DNA from: Candidatus Nanoarchaeia archaeon
GTDB lineage: Archaea > Nanobdellota > Nanobdellia > Woesearchaeales > SM23-78
Length of the DNA: 64,000 nucleotides
NCBI GenBank assembly: GCA_035289665.1
Contig: DATDWO010000043.1
Location: forward strand, 611-64,610
Reading direction: 5' to 3'
Shown here piece after piece: positions 26,457 to 36,628 of this stretch (positions are counted from its first letter, which is position 1; every line of letters starts with the position of its first letter). Made by a program: the position numbers and the translations under genes. A model generated the notes under the pieces. The model worked only from the letters and a program-made list of their open reading frames with translations, was not told the DNA's origin and did no database searches.

Positions 26457-29345
26457 TTATTCTACCAGAATCGCCGGCTTTCCGGGTGAGGCTTGCTTGG
26501 CCTTGGGATGAGGGCTGTCTTCAGCCTTTTCTATCTCGATATCACAACCCAACTCTTCTTTTAAGCTTTCTTTGCTTTCTTCTAAGCGGCTTAACTCAAG
26601 CTCCTGGCTTAGCACGATTTCCGGCAATTTTGAAGGATCGTTCACAAATTTAGGTGTTAATTTGGTTATTTCCTGTCCATACTTCTTGAGATCCGAAGCC
26701 ATCAATGCTTTTAATAATTCGCCCAGGTTGCGAGTCTTTGTCAATTCCTCTTTTAACTTCTTCATGTAAGCATATTTCCAGCTTTCAGCAACAAATAGCT
26801 TCACTTTCTTTGGCTGTATCTTTGCCAATTCAAATACAGCTCTGACGTCCTTTACGGTCTCTTCGATGCACTTTTCACTTGCCTCTGCGTCCAGATCTAT
26901 TTTAGATTCATCATACTGTGGCCATTCGGCTAAGCTAACAAATCCTTTTTCTTTAAGCATCTCCCATAGCTCTTCGGCCATGTGGGGAGCTACTGGCGTT
27001 AATAGCCTCACCCACCTACTAGCGATTAAGTCATATATGTTATACTGCTCGCCTTCTTCCACTCGTTTTTGCATCCTTTTTATATTGGTGAGAATGTGAT
27101 GAATTGCGATATTTCCATATTGTCTTAATTTCATTTCTTCTAAATTCCCTGTTGCCTCTTTAACTAGGCTTTCAAACCTTGAGATAAACGCCTTAGCTGC
27201 TTTGGTCCTTATTTCTCCTTTTTTTCTCTTGCCAATCATTTCTATGATATTGTTGTACAGGTTCAGAAGGGTGCTATTCATACTCGTTGCGTCTTTCTCT
27301 TTCCAGTCGAATGTTCCATCTAAGCTTGTGGCTGTGGACAGGTAAGCTCTGAATGTATCGGGACCAAAGCTGTTTTTAACGTCTAGTAAGGTGATCACGT
27401 TTCCTTTTGATTTGCTCATCTTTGAACCTTCACTTACTACAAATCCATGTAATGAGATCTTCTTTGGCCAGTACTCCTCGGGAAAGATGGCTGCATGGGC
27501 AAGAATGAAGAACGAGAGATGATTTGATAAGTGGGCTTGATACGTATGTCTATGATCGTTTGGGTACCAGTAAGCAAAGGCCTCCCTTAACTCTTCAAGC
27601 ACTTCCTTTGCTATACCTACTTTGCTGCTTACCTCTTCCAAGCTGCCTTTGTTTAGGTACACATAGTCGAAAAATTCCAACGACATTTGATCTGATTTAA
27701 TCCCGTATTTGTTAATCAGGTTTTTTATGGTGTAGAACGACATGTATATGGTCGAGTCGGACAATGATTCGATGATCCAGTCCTTACTGAATGGTAGAGG
27801 CGTACCAATCCCTCGCTTTCTCGCGGCCGGCCTTTTGTCCAACCATTCAAAGGCGTCTAAATAGAGCTTTCTTGAGGATTCCGGAACCAACTGCATCTTT
27901 TCAAGGCATGCCCTTCCCAAGTCCTTCCAGCCTGGAGCATTGAAATCTAGGAACCATTGGTCTTTTAACACGGCGACTGTCACTGGAGTACCGCACCTAC
28001 AAATGGCAGGGCGAGAGGTTTCATAGAACATGATGGCCTCGCCTTGCTCGATTAACTTCTTTTTCAAGTGTTTTTGTGCTTTTTGTACACTCATTCCAGC
28101 ACATTCACCGCAATTCTCTTTCATCAAGCCTTTTCTAAATACACGTTTGTTTAATTCATTCTTAGCTAGCTCTATCTTCTCTTTATCCTGAGGAGATTTT
28201 ACTCCAAACTCTTTCCCGATTTCCTCTCCTAAGTTTTCTCCCATACCTGGAATGCGGATTATGGATATTGGTTTTAGCTGCGCGACGATGTTTTTATCCA
28301 AGTTGTACTGATCCAGCAACTTCATATCGTCGTGAATTCTCTTTAATTCGAACAGATCCACAGGGTCTTCCAGGGCAGAATACACAATTCCCGAGCCTAC
28401 ATTGGCATCTATAAACCACGCAGGAACGATGTATACATCATAGTTCACTAAGGGCCCTTTTGCCCATTTACCAATTAACTCGGTTGCTTTTATATCTCCG
28501 ACCACTTCAGGCTTTGCATACTGCTGCTCTATTTTCTTTACAGCTGCTTCTCCCACAACCCATTTTTCATCATTGACTTGGACTATCTTATAGGTCGCTT
28601 CGGGGTCTAGCCATATATGGGTTTGCCCATAAAATGCATCCGGCCTTGTAGTTCCGGCCATCAGTATCAAGTCAGAATCTTTTAGCTTGAATTTTCCCCA
28701 GATAAAATCTTGCTTGGAGACGGGATTTGTATCTGCATCCTGAATGTCATCTTCTCCTACTGCATTTTCACAGTTCGGACAATAAAGTACGGGGTAGGAA
28801 CCCTTTATTAAGTAATTTTTATCCTTGTATTTATGGAATTGCCAAGTGATTAGCTTTTGATAGTCCAGATCTCCAGTTGTGAACCTTCTACTCCAGTCTA
28901 TGCTCGTTCCCAGTGAGCTATATTCCGAAAGCATCTTCGGGATGAAAAAGTTAACTAAATTCCAAGGATCCTTGAAAGACTCCACTGTTTTTTCGACTTC
29001 TTTTTCATCTGATACATAATTCCTGACATAGTTTTTGTAGAGTTCGATCTTTTTTTTATCTCCAGATGCAATAGCTAAAGAAATACCTAGAATGGGGGTT
29101 CCTGTTATGTGAAACGCCAGGGGGTAGAGAACATTAAAGCCTTTCATTCTTAAAAATCGGACATAGATATCGCTCTCCACTACTGCCCTTCCATGACCAA
29201 TATGCAGAGAGCCGCTTATATACGGGTAAGGGGTGGTGAAGAAAAACTTCTTCTTGGATTTATCTATTTGAGGCTCGAAGGCCTTCGCCTCTGCCCACTT
29301 CTTTTGCCACTTCTCTGCGACCGCTTTGACATCCATGTTTTTCAC
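26457..29345 (-). CDS. leuS: Leucyl-tRNA synthetase (archaeal/eukaryotic type)
   Basis: HIGH (SLHIGHGRA), FHITGTPI, KMSKSKGN motifs; 962 aa. Confidence 0.85.
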   Translation of the reverse strand: MKNMDVKAVAEKWQKKWAEAKAFEPQIDKSKKKFFFTTPYPYISGSLHIGHGRAVVESDIYVRFLRMKGFNVLYPLAFHITGTPILGISLAIASGDKKKIELYKNYVRNYVSDEKEVEKTVESFKDPWNLVNFFIPKMLSEYSSLGTSIDWSRRFTTGDLDYQKLITWQFHKYKDKNYLIKGSYPVLYCPNCENAVGEDDIQDADTNPVSKQDFIWGKFKLKDSDLILMAGTTRPDAFYGQTHIWLDPEATYKIVQVNDEKWVVGEAAVKKIEQQYAKPEVVGDIKATELIGKWAKGPLVNYDVYIVPAWFIDANVGSGIVYSALEDPVDLFELKRIHDDMKLLDQYNLDKNIVAQLKPISIIRIPGMGENLGEEIGKEFGVKSPQDKEKIELAKNELNKRVFRKGLMKENCGECAGMSVQKAQKHLKKKLIEQGEAIMFYETSRPAICRCGTPVTVAVLKDQWFLDFNAPGWKDLGRACLEKMQLVPESSRKLYLDAFEWLDKRPAARKRGIGTPLPFSKDWIIESLSDSTIYMSFYTIKNLINKYGIKSDQMSLEFFDYVYLNKGSLEEVSSKVGIAKEVLEELREAFAYWYPNDHRHTYQAHLSNHLSFFILAHAAIFPEEYWPKKISLHGFVVSEGSKMSKSKGNVITLLDVKNSFGPDTFRAYLSTATSLDGTFDWKEKDATSMNSTLLNLYNNIIEMIGKRKKGEIRTKAAKAFISRFESLVKEATGNLEEMKLRQYGNIAIHHILTNIKRMQKRVEEGEQYNIYDLIASRWVRLLTPVAPHMAEELWEMLKEKGFVSLAEWPQYDESKIDLDAEASEKCIEETVKDVRAVFELAKIQPKKVKLFVAESWKYAYMKKLKEELTKTRNLGELLKALMASDLKKYGQEITKLTPKFVNDPSKLPEIVLSQELELSRLEESKESLKEELGCDIEIEKAEDSPHPKAKQASPGKPAILVE

Positions 29346-29476
29346 CGGAGTTGGGACTGGTCTGTATCCTTCCAGCCCCTTAAAAGATAGGGCTATTTAA
29401 CGTAACAACAACAGAAGCCCCAATGAACGACTATGCATAGTTCAAGTTAGATAGGTATTTTATATAAAGGTTTTGG

Positions 29477-29983
29477 TCAATCCAGCCGATCTGGAAGCTG
29501 TACTACCCCTTGGTTTCCTGACCGTGTTCCGGTGAATGTTCTTAGAAACCCTTTACCTTTATCGAGTCCATCTTTCCAATAAACGCAATGTCCATCCCGT
29601 ATCGGTTCGTAACCATTTGGGCGAAGGATTTGCGCTACTTGATCTAGTAAACGGCTAGGTTGCTTAGCTTGGAATCTTCTAACCGATTCTACCCTAGCAG
29701 GGGCGTGTCTAAGCAGAACACTGATTGCATGTACTAAGCCAGGCCTTGCAACATCTGCCTCTTGTATAACCAACAAGCCTAAATCTTGGGCATTCAACGG
29801 CTGATCTGGAAAAAGAGTATGCACCTCATCTTCTGCATCACCTAAAATAAACATAAGCGCTCTGCCATATTGGTCGCGTTCGACCCAGAATTCTCTTCTG
29901 CGGATTTGATCGATGAAACCGCTCCCTCTAAAAGGGCCTGTCGGGATGGGGGATAAAACTCGTACTTCATAACTGTCCATCAC
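29477..29983 (-). CDS. Hypothetical protein, GC-richer than surroundings
   Basis: 168-aa ORF; no domain recognised. Confidence 0.4.
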   Translation of the reverse strand: MMDSYEVRVLSPIPTGPFRGSGFIDQIRRREFWVERDQYGRALMFILGDAEDEVHTLFPDQPLNAQDLGLLVIQEADVARPGLVHAISVLLRHAPARVESVRRFQAKQPSRLLDQVAQILRPNGYEPIRDGHCVYWKDGLDKGKGFLRTFTGTRSGNQGVVQLPDRLD

Positions 29984-30042
29984 TTTTGAGAGTATGCTCT
30001 TCTTAAAATACCTTACTATAAGGTATTATAGATAAAACGCTT

Positions 30043-30648
30043 TTACCACTCCGTTGCTTCATACGTTTTTACTTGGAAAGGGCCTGCCTTTCTTAAGGTT
30101 CGAAGCATGGACTTGGTTAAGATCTTGGTGTGGGGTACGTCACACAGGTACTCAGGGATGTACCAGATGTCATCTTTTGACGTCATCCAATTAAGCCTAT
30201 CGAAACGTGAGAGGTTGATGGGTTTTGAATAGGTTCTGAGATTCTTTTTCCCTTTGCTGTCAAAGTATTCATCGAAATATGACATGACCAGTTCCCGCAC
30301 GGTTCTATAGATAGGGTCTCGGTATCTTAAAACGGCATGATTGGTCTTGCTGATCGCACCCCAATGATTGTGCTCTTTGAAGAGGGCAATGACATGGTCA
30401 AAGTCATCTTTTGTTGATTCTAAACTAAGAACCAAGGGAGGACGGCCCTGAACACGCAGAATTGCGGCTGCGAGCATCGCTCCTTCCATGCACTGTGCCT
30501 TGTTCTCTTGCAGTACTTTGCGAGGAGACATACAGGTGTCGCCATTTTTTTCCTTGTTAATCGGCATTTTGTCTAAGAAGTCCTGTACTTTTTGAGGTGT
30601 GCTTAATGAGCGGAAGAGCTTGAGCTCGTGAGGGGATAAGTTGAACAT
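30043..30648 (-). CDS. Hypothetical protein, possibly transglutaminase-like/papain-fold (QCMEGAMLAAAILR...H)
   Basis: Cys-containing motif resembling transglutaminase-like core; weak. Confidence 0.35.
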   Translation of the reverse strand: MFNLSPHELKLFRSLSTPQKVQDFLDKMPINKEKNGDTCMSPRKVLQENKAQCMEGAMLAAAILRVQGRPPLVLSLESTKDDFDHVIALFKEHNHWGAISKTNHAVLRYRDPIYRTVRELVMSYFDEYFDSKGKKNLRTYSKPINLSRFDRLNWMTSKDDIWYIPEYLCDVPHTKILTKSMLRTLRKAGPFQVKTYEATEW

Positions 30649-30718
30649 GTGCTTCTATTTGAGCATAGAACTTATAAGCTTTTTCGCTAAGCTATTTAAA
30701 GTTACTCCGTTTTCGCTA

Positions 30719-31306
30719 GGTATGCCCCCTTTATATCGCCCAAAACATAGACTAACGCTTGACGTGATGGCCCTTGCAGATAGAACACTCCAGAGCGTTG
30801 ACTCTTCTGATGATTCTTCTTGCTTTACTGACTACTCTGACCTTTCTGAACGAGTCTTTGAGTATTGTGCTCGTAGGCTGTGGATATCTAGCAAAACCGA
30901 TTCTTTCCGATTTACTGGTTTCGGAAAAGGAAGAGGAAACATCCATGTGATAAGCGAAGCAGGTCTTAGCGATGATGATTTACGTCATGAGGGTTTACGT
31001 AATGAGGTTGTACCCCCCAGTACATTGCAGATTCGAGGGCCTGATCAATACCGAATTCTTTGTGCCTCTGATAACTTAGAGACTGCTAGGCAATGGAGTG
31101 CCAGATTTGAACGCCTTGTATCAAGAACAGTATCTAAAGATATTAAAGCGCAATATGAGTACGATGAAAATATGACAAGACTTGCTGATGAAGAAGCAAG
31201 CAGAAAAAGACGAGAGGAAATGGATAGGTTATTTCCAAAACCAAGTTTATATGAGCTTACTACTACATGCGCTAGTGAACAACCTTTTTATGGCAAAAGC
31301 CCATAA
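30719..31306 (+). CDS. Hypothetical protein (start uncertain; ORF opens at 30641)
   Basis: Long ORF, GC-richer; no domain recognised. Confidence 0.35.
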   Translation, partial: GMPPLYRPKHRLTLDVMALADRTLQSVDSSDDSSCFTDYSDLSERVFEYCARRLWISSKTDSFRFTGFGKGRGNIHVISEAGLSDDDLRHEGLRNEVVPPSTLQIRGPDQYRILCASDNLETARQWSARFERLVSRTVSKDIKAQYEYDENMTRLADEEASRKRREEMDRLFPKPSLYELTTTCASEQPFYGKSP

Positions 31307-31336
31307 ACTGTATTTTGAGTTTTAATTTCTGGCAGT

Positions 31337-31636
31337 TTACACTTCTACTTCAATTTTTCTCCCTTGTACTAAATTCCAGTCCAGCTTTATGAGTTGCTGA
31401 ACGGCGGGGTTTTTCGTGTTGAGCTGGTATAGGTTTGATTTCCCGATTCGCCTTGTTTTGATGACGATGCGATTTTTTACTAACTTATCCCATGAGGTTT
31501 GGAGGGTGGAGTAGCTAACGCCGGATTTTTTGGCGATTTCGGTCAAGGGGTAGTCGAAGAGCTGATAGGTGATGAGAAAGTCGAGTACTTTGATGAAGGG
31601 ATTCTTACCGAAGAGTTCGATGAATGGAGTTTTCAT
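31337..31636 (-). CDS. Winged-helix DNA-binding protein
   Basis: LTEIAKKSGVSYSTLQTSWDKLVKNRIV HTH pattern. Confidence 0.5.
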   Translation of the reverse strand: MKTPFIELFGKNPFIKVLDFLITYQLFDYPLTEIAKKSGVSYSTLQTSWDKLVKNRIVIKTRRIGKSNLYQLNTKNPAVQQLIKLDWNLVQGRKIEVEV

Positions 31637-31639
31637 CTT

Positions 31640-31840
31640 TCAGAACTTCTTAAACTGTGCAGCGATGTCGATTAATTCCGTGGTACCCATCATCTGTGCT
31701 CGGCAGCAATAGCGTTCGAGGCCCATGCTGTCCAAGACTTTTTTACGGTCTTCTTTCTTCTTGGTTGTTCGCTCTACATAGCCTTCCCAGAATTGGCCGA
31801 TGGGCTTGCCGCAACTCATGCAACGTACCGGAACTAACAT
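31640..31840 (-). CDS. rpoN: DNA-directed RNA polymerase subunit N (Rpb10)
   Basis: MLVPVRCMSCGKPIGQFWEGY... zinc-bundle signature, 66 aa, downstream of rps9. Confidence 0.85.
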   Translation of the reverse strand: MLVPVRCMSCGKPIGQFWEGYVERTTKKKEDRKKVLDSMGLERYCCRAQMMGTTELIDIAAQFKKF

Positions 31841-31983
31841 GGGTTTAGGGTGAATGGGGTGGTTTATAAAGCTTAGGTTTTAGGTTGGAGTGAATAAATT
31901 TCTATATAGAAAATATTTATATTTAATCACTTATTAGTGATAAAAATAGAAATATTTAAATAGAGTATTCCCTGCCCTTCATC

Positions 31984-33198
31984 ATGGGATGGTTTACTCG
32001 CGGACCCAAAAGTGCTCAAGAACTTGAAGAACTAGTAGAGCAAGCTAAACAGATCGAGAATCCCTATGAAGCTTCTGAACATTGGAATGAAATTTTAGAA
32101 CACGCCACGCAACTCCGGCTTCAACTTGATCAATATATCACTAAGGCACGAAACGATACCGTGCCTAAATTTTTAGACCAAGTATTAGTCCAGCGACCCA
32201 CTCGAGGAACCCTTAAAGCAACGCTTGAAACTCTCTTTCAACAAGGAACGTCTGAAGCTCAGCCCATTGTTAGTCGAACTAGCGCATTTTTAGACCTCCA
32301 ACGATTTATACAAGGCTGCTATAATCTTGGGGGCGCACAACGCTTAACAGCTATGAATCCATTTGCACAAAGATTGTATGGTGAATTCACTGAAACTGGA
32401 CCCACGATAGAAGCTCTAAGCCATTTTGATCAAGCCTTGAACCAAGTCACGCAAACAGTAAGTGAATGGAACCATGAATTTGGGCTACCCCCTGCCACAC
32501 CTGATCAAGTCCTAAGCCGATTAAAATCCGGCCAAGAACCTGTCGCATTCAAAGCTCTTGATTTAGGCGTTGGCATTTTGCGTAAATTGGCCGGACAAAC
32601 CCCTCAAGACATTCAACAACTCAAAACCCAACTCAACCAACATTATTGGATAAAACACTTAGTTATGGGATACCATCGAACGCTCGGAGTCCCTATTCAG
32701 ATTCCTATAGAAGGAAGCCAGCCTATAGAGCTTTCTCAATTTGTTCAAGCACTGGAAGAAACGATCACCCAAAAAATTACTCCGTACGTTAACCTTCAAA
32801 ACCAAGCATTCAATGAATTCGTTCGTCCTATTGAAGAAAAACAAGACCAATTGTATGATGAGGCAGTCAGACAATTCCGCGCTTTTATGAAAGACAAAAA
32901 ACCTACTGATTTTGAACCCTTACTTCAAGACCCTCGGGTTGCCATATTTTCTGAAAAGAGTCGTCGATCCCATGCTGCTGTATTATACGCGTCCACTCAC
33001 TGCCCTGAATTTGAGCAAGCAATGGTCCTTTATGGAAATTTCAGCACACACTATGCTGGAATTCTCCAAGAAGACACTTCATCTCTATTTGCCTCTTACG
33101 CAGAAATTCCTAGTCGAGCAGCAGAACTTATCGATGTAGAAGAAAGTTCGGCTCTGAACCCAGAAGTAGATTCTAGAGAGCCTGAGCAGACTGCATAA
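31984..33198 (+). CDS. Hypothetical protein
   Basis: 404-aa ORF; no domain recognised. Confidence 0.4.
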   Translation: MGWFTRGPKSAQELEELVEQAKQIENPYEASEHWNEILEHATQLRLQLDQYITKARNDTVPKFLDQVLVQRPTRGTLKATLETLFQQGTSEAQPIVSRTSAFLDLQRFIQGCYNLGGAQRLTAMNPFAQRLYGEFTETGPTIEALSHFDQALNQVTQTVSEWNHEFGLPPATPDQVLSRLKSGQEPVAFKALDLGVGILRKLAGQTPQDIQQLKTQLNQHYWIKHLVMGYHRTLGVPIQIPIEGSQPIELSQFVQALEETITQKITPYVNLQNQAFNEFVRPIEEKQDQLYDEAVRQFRAFMKDKKPTDFEPLLQDPRVAIFSEKSRRSHAAVLYASTHCPEFEQAMVLYGNFSTHYAGILQEDTSSLFASYAEIPSRAAELIDVEESSALNPEVDSREPEQTA

Positions 33199-33603
33199 TC
33201 ATCTATACGACTTCTGACGCTTCGCTCGTGCCTGACCATGACGGCCGGGTTTAGCACTTTCTTTACGGCGAACGTCTGCAATCAAGAGATGACGATCGTA
33301 GGATTCAAATGTGGGTTTTAGTTTTTTATCAAATTGCGCTAGGCAACGGGCAATGGCTAGACGAGAAGCCTCGGTCTGGCTCATGATCCCGCCCCCTTCT
33401 ACCATCACAGAAATATCCACTTTTTTTATCACGTCTTCCCCAGCAAGCAACAAAGGCTCCATGACTTTCATACGAGCCATCTTGGGTTCAAAATGATCCA
33501 ATAAAAGATTATTAATACGGATAATCCCCTTACCCTCCTTCAGGGTTGCGCGTGCAATCGATCGCTTTCTCTTGCCGCTCACATGAATCAGCTTTGCCAT
33601 CAT
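33199..33603 (-). CDS. rps9: 30S ribosomal protein S9 (uS9)
   Basis: C-terminal ...GRHGQARAKRQKSYR and overall S9 pattern; operon context. Confidence 0.9.
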   Translation of the reverse strand: MMAKLIHVSGKRKRSIARATLKEGKGIIRINNLLLDHFEPKMARMKVMEPLLLAGEDVIKKVDISVMVEGGGIMSQTEASRLAIARCLAQFDKKLKPTFESYDRHLLIADVRRKESAKPGRHGQARAKRQKSYR

Positions 33604-34037
33604 TCATCACCTTTCACTGCTGAAATTCTACTTCCACCGATTAACTTACTCAATTCCCCTACATGTAAAAATTTAGGAGTGCTTAACTTAGACAGGTGAG
33701 CCTCTTCAATGCTTACCTTCTTTTGATCCTTTAACACCACCGGAACACCTCGGAAACACATGATGCGCTCAAACGCCGCCTTACCACGAGGCTGTTTGTA
33801 TGGCAACATGCCTCGGATCATGCGACGCACAATACGATCTGATAACCGTCCATAATACGGTCCTCGATACGTACCTATACCTCGCTTCCACTTCCAATCC
33901 TCTAAGATGTGTACAGGATCTCCACTGATCACTGCCTTTTCGCAGTTCACAATCTCTACTTTTTCCCCTAGCAAAGCCTTCTTCGCTGCTACAGTAGCCA
34001 AACGGCCCACCACTAGGTCTGTTGCGTCGATGATCAT
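33600..34037 (-). CDS. rpl13: 50S ribosomal protein L13 (uL13)
   Basis: IIDATDLVVGRLATVAAKKALLGEKVEIVNCEK signature. Confidence 0.9.
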   Translation of the reverse strand: MIIDATDLVVGRLATVAAKKALLGEKVEIVNCEKAVISGDPVHILEDWKWKRGIGTYRGPYYGRLSDRIVRRMIRGMLPYKQPRGKAAFERIMCFRGVPVVLKDQKKVSIEEAHLSKLSTPKFLHVGELSKLIGGSRISAVKGDE

Positions 34038-34390
34038 CCTAAAATCCTCACACCCTTACCTTTCGGGTTTTTTTCTACTAATTCCATGATTGTAATTGCC
34101 GTACCCTTACCATTGATTTTTTGCTTAGCTTCGTCACTGAATGAATATGCCGCTACGGTTACCTTCTTGCTCAATTCTCCAGTACCTAAGACCTTACCCG
34201 GCACAAGTACGATCTCATTCGGCTTAGCGTATTGCTCGATCTTGTATACATTCACGATTCGCTTACTTCGCGTGGGCTTTTCCAAGTCGGATGCGATTCG
34301 TTTCCATAGAGCTACATCTTGCTCAATCGCACACTTCCTCAATACCTGAATCAGTGCTCCAAGCTCCGGGTTCTTGTAATTTTGTTTCAT
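34034..34390 (-). CDS. rpl18e: 50S ribosomal protein L18e
   Basis: Size and position upstream of L13 in archaeal operon; L18e-like sequence. Confidence 0.75.
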   Translation of the reverse strand: MKQNYKNPELGALIQVLRKCAIEQDVALWKRIASDLEKPTRSKRIVNVYKIEQYAKPNEIVLVPGKVLGTGELSKKVTVAAYSFSDEAKQKINGKGTAITIMELVEKNPKGKGVRILG

Positions 34391-34421
34391 CTTTTCACTT
34401 TATTGGTAGTTTCGGTCCTTG

Positions 34422-34445
34422 ATGCGGGGGGAATGGGTTCCCACC
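34422..34445 (-). repeat. Degenerate direct copy of tRNA-Leu 3' end (T-arm/acceptor)
   Basis: ATGCGGGGGGAATGGGTTCCCACC vs ATGCGGGGGAAGGGATTCGAACCC... at 34504. Confidence 0.35.
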
Positions 34446-34492
34446 TAAGGGTTTCACCCTTAGGATCCCGCAGCGGATTCCTTTCGGAATCC
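34445..34492 (-). terminator. Two perfect hairpins (34445..34463, 8-bp stem; 34475..34492, 7-bp stem) between tRNA-Leu and rpl18e
   Basis: CTAAGGGT-TTC-ACCCTTAG and GGATTCC-TTTC-GGAATCC read directly. Confidence 0.4.
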
Positions 34493-34505
34493 ACTATTCC
34501 CTCAA

Positions 34506-34683
34506 TGCGGGGGAAGGGATTCGAACCCTCGCACCCACTAAGGGACTACCCGTTTGATTGCGCTTGAATGAGACGAGCTTTGCTCGCCAACATTTTTACA
34601 GCGGCTTGAACCGCTGAATGTCGAAAAGCTTCGCTTTCCGACTCCTCAAGGTAGCGCATTTGACCAGGCTCTGCCACCCCCGC
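34506..34683 (-). tRNA. tRNA-Leu(GAG) with ~90-nt intron in anticodon loop
   Basis: 5' GCGGGGGUGGCAGAGCCUGGUCAAAUGCG-CUACC-UUGAGG..., 3' GGUAG + long variable arm + GAGGG-UUCGAAU-CCCUU-CCCCCGC-A; acceptor pairs perfectly. Confidence 0.6.
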
Positions 34684-34689
34684 GTGAAT

Positions 34690-35484
34690 TTATTTGGCTT
34701 TCTCTTTGCCCTTGAACTGATCTCTCAATTCTTTTATCATCAAATTGCAACGCTCGATGGCATTGCTTACGATTTCTTTGTGATCCAATTGACCCCAAGC
34801 TTCAATATAAAATAGGAAGTCATCTTCTTTTTTGACGTGTACGTCTTCGTTGGTGAGCTCGGCGCATTCACCACACCAGATGCACGCCTCTTCATTCACG
34901 ACCTTCAATTGGCCTCCTTTAGCATCAAATACTTTTGTCGGACAGCGCTCCTTAATCCACTCAGGATCCTGAGGTTGCTTCTTAATGGTCACATGAGGAT
35001 AATACTTGTAAAAAGCCAAACACGGGCTCCACTTGGCATGGACTCTGCCCACGCCCATCTTTGCCGTCATCTCAGCCTCTATTTCTTGGCCTTCCAATAA
35101 TTTAGTGATGGGAGTGTCACCATAAACGGGTTTACACTTTGGATCCTTACTTCGAATGTCACTGGCATACACATAACCTGGACCTTTTGCCTTTAGCGTG
35201 AGCTTCAGTGTACACTGCGCGCAACCAGCGCCATTGCACTTGCATTCAGATTGGATGTTATAACTTTCAGCGTCTGTCTTCAACACCAGTAAACCCAAAC
35301 GATGTGCTACCATTTCGTCATACAAGATGCCGTTGTTTTTTTGGAATTCAATGTCCTCAATCGCCAAAACAGGCACTTCTTCCATCATCAATCGACGCAA
35401 GGCATTCATGTAGGTCGCATCTGTATCTTGGATATGCAACGTCAATTTCTCCTTTTTTTCCTCAACGATTTTTACCTTCACCAT
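34690..35484 (-). CDS. rpoD: DNA-directed RNA polymerase subunit D (Rpb3 homolog) with 4Fe-4S cluster motifs
   Basis: CKCNGAGCAQC and CIWCGECAE cysteine clusters; 264 aa; operon context. Confidence 0.85.
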   Translation of the reverse strand: MVKVKIVEEKKEKLTLHIQDTDATYMNALRRLMMEEVPVLAIEDIEFQKNNGILYDEMVAHRLGLLVLKTDAESYNIQSECKCNGAGCAQCTLKLTLKAKGPGYVYASDIRSKDPKCKPVYGDTPITKLLEGQEIEAEMTAKMGVGRVHAKWSPCLAFYKYYPHVTIKKQPQDPEWIKERCPTKVFDAKGGQLKVVNEEACIWCGECAELTNEDVHVKKEDDFLFYIEAWGQLDHKEIVSNAIERCNLMIKELRDQFKGKEKAK

Positions 35485-35618
35485 GCAAACACCTCAATAA
35501 GATATTGGTTACAATGGTGAGACCCAAACGCACGAAATACATGGTATTTCGGCGCGCCAAAAGCTTTGGCTTTTGAGCGAATCTTTGATTTTTGTTGTTT
35601 GACCATGTTCTCGCCTCT

Positions 35619-36014
35619 TTATACTCGTCTACCTCGTTTACCGCCTTTCTTTCTGCAACCACCATGAGGGATCGGAGTCACATCTTCAATAATACCAATT
35701 TTCAAGCCCATCCTGGACAAGCTGCGAACCGCTGCTTGCGCACCTGGACCTGGAGCCATAGGACCATTGTGGCCTCCTGGTGCTCTGATTTTGATGTGTA
35801 AACCCTGAATGCCTTTTTCCAAGACACTCTCTGCAACTCGCTTAGAGGCTACCATGGCCGCTGTAGGAGAAGACTCCAAACGATCTGCCTTGACTACTTG
35901 ACCTCCTGAGCAAATGGCCAAGGTTTCCGTACCCGTTATGTCAGTCACATGAATGATCGTATCATTATACGAAGCAAAGATATGGCAAATACCCCAGCGA
36001 AGATTGTCATTCAT
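35619..36014 (-). CDS. rps11: 30S ribosomal protein S11 (uS11)
   Basis: [18 protein letters not shown]...KIRAPGG...[14 protein letters not shown] signature. Confidence 0.9.
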   Translation of the reverse strand: MNDNLRWGICHIFASYNDTIIHVTDITGTETLAICSGGQVVKADRLESSPTAAMVASKRVAESVLEKGIQGLHIKIRAPGGHNGPMAPGPGAQAAVRSLSRMGLKIGIIEDVTPIPHGGCRKKGGKRGRRV

Positions 36015-36628
36015 GAGGGCGTCACCTGCACTTCAGGATCCACGATTTCTTCCGCTTTATACGCGATCGTTTCTTCCTCTTTCTTCTCCACCTTTTCTTC
36101 TGCCTTCTCTTTTTTCACCACGACACGTTCTGGATGCATATTATCTCCGAAAGGACTGCTGGTGTGGAAATTGATGGAACCTTCCTCGGCAATGTCCACT
36201 AAGTAAGAAGGCGCTGTGATTTTTTTAGTACCTACCAAGACGTGTTCATGCGTAATCATCTGGCGGGCCTGTTTCATGGTTCGGGCCAAGCCCTTTTTTA
36301 CTAGCAAACTCTGCAACCTGCGATCCAACACATTTTTCAAGGTCAGACTTAAGACTTTATCCAAGCCGTCGCCGGTCTGCAATAAAGACAGAGACAACAA
36401 CTTAGCGAGTAATTGTGCCTTCTCCACTTCAGCCTGCTTGCCTACTTGAGGAGCTAGCTTTTTTACCCGATCCTTGAAATCCTTTAACTTGGAAACCATC
36501 TTCCAAATCTCGGTGTTGGAAGGAATGCCGAACTCTTTTTTGAGCTCTGCTTCTTCATCGATTCTTACCTTCTGCCACGGATGACTAGGCGAACTATACT
36601 TTTTACGGAAATGTCTTGGATCTCCCAT
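36011..36628 (-). CDS. rps4: 30S ribosomal protein S4 (uS4) with acidic C-terminal extension
   Basis: [18 protein letters not shown] archaeal S4 N-terminus. Confidence 0.85.
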   Translation of the reverse strand: MGDPRHFRKKYSSPSHPWQKVRIDEEAELKKEFGIPSNTEIWKMVSKLKDFKDRVKKLAPQVGKQAEVEKAQLLAKLLSLSLLQTGDGLDKVLSLTLKNVLDRRLQSLLVKKGLARTMKQARQMITHEHVLVGTKKITAPSYLVDIAEEGSINFHTSSPFGDNMHPERVVVKKEKAEEKVEKKEEETIAYKAEEIVDPEVQVTPS

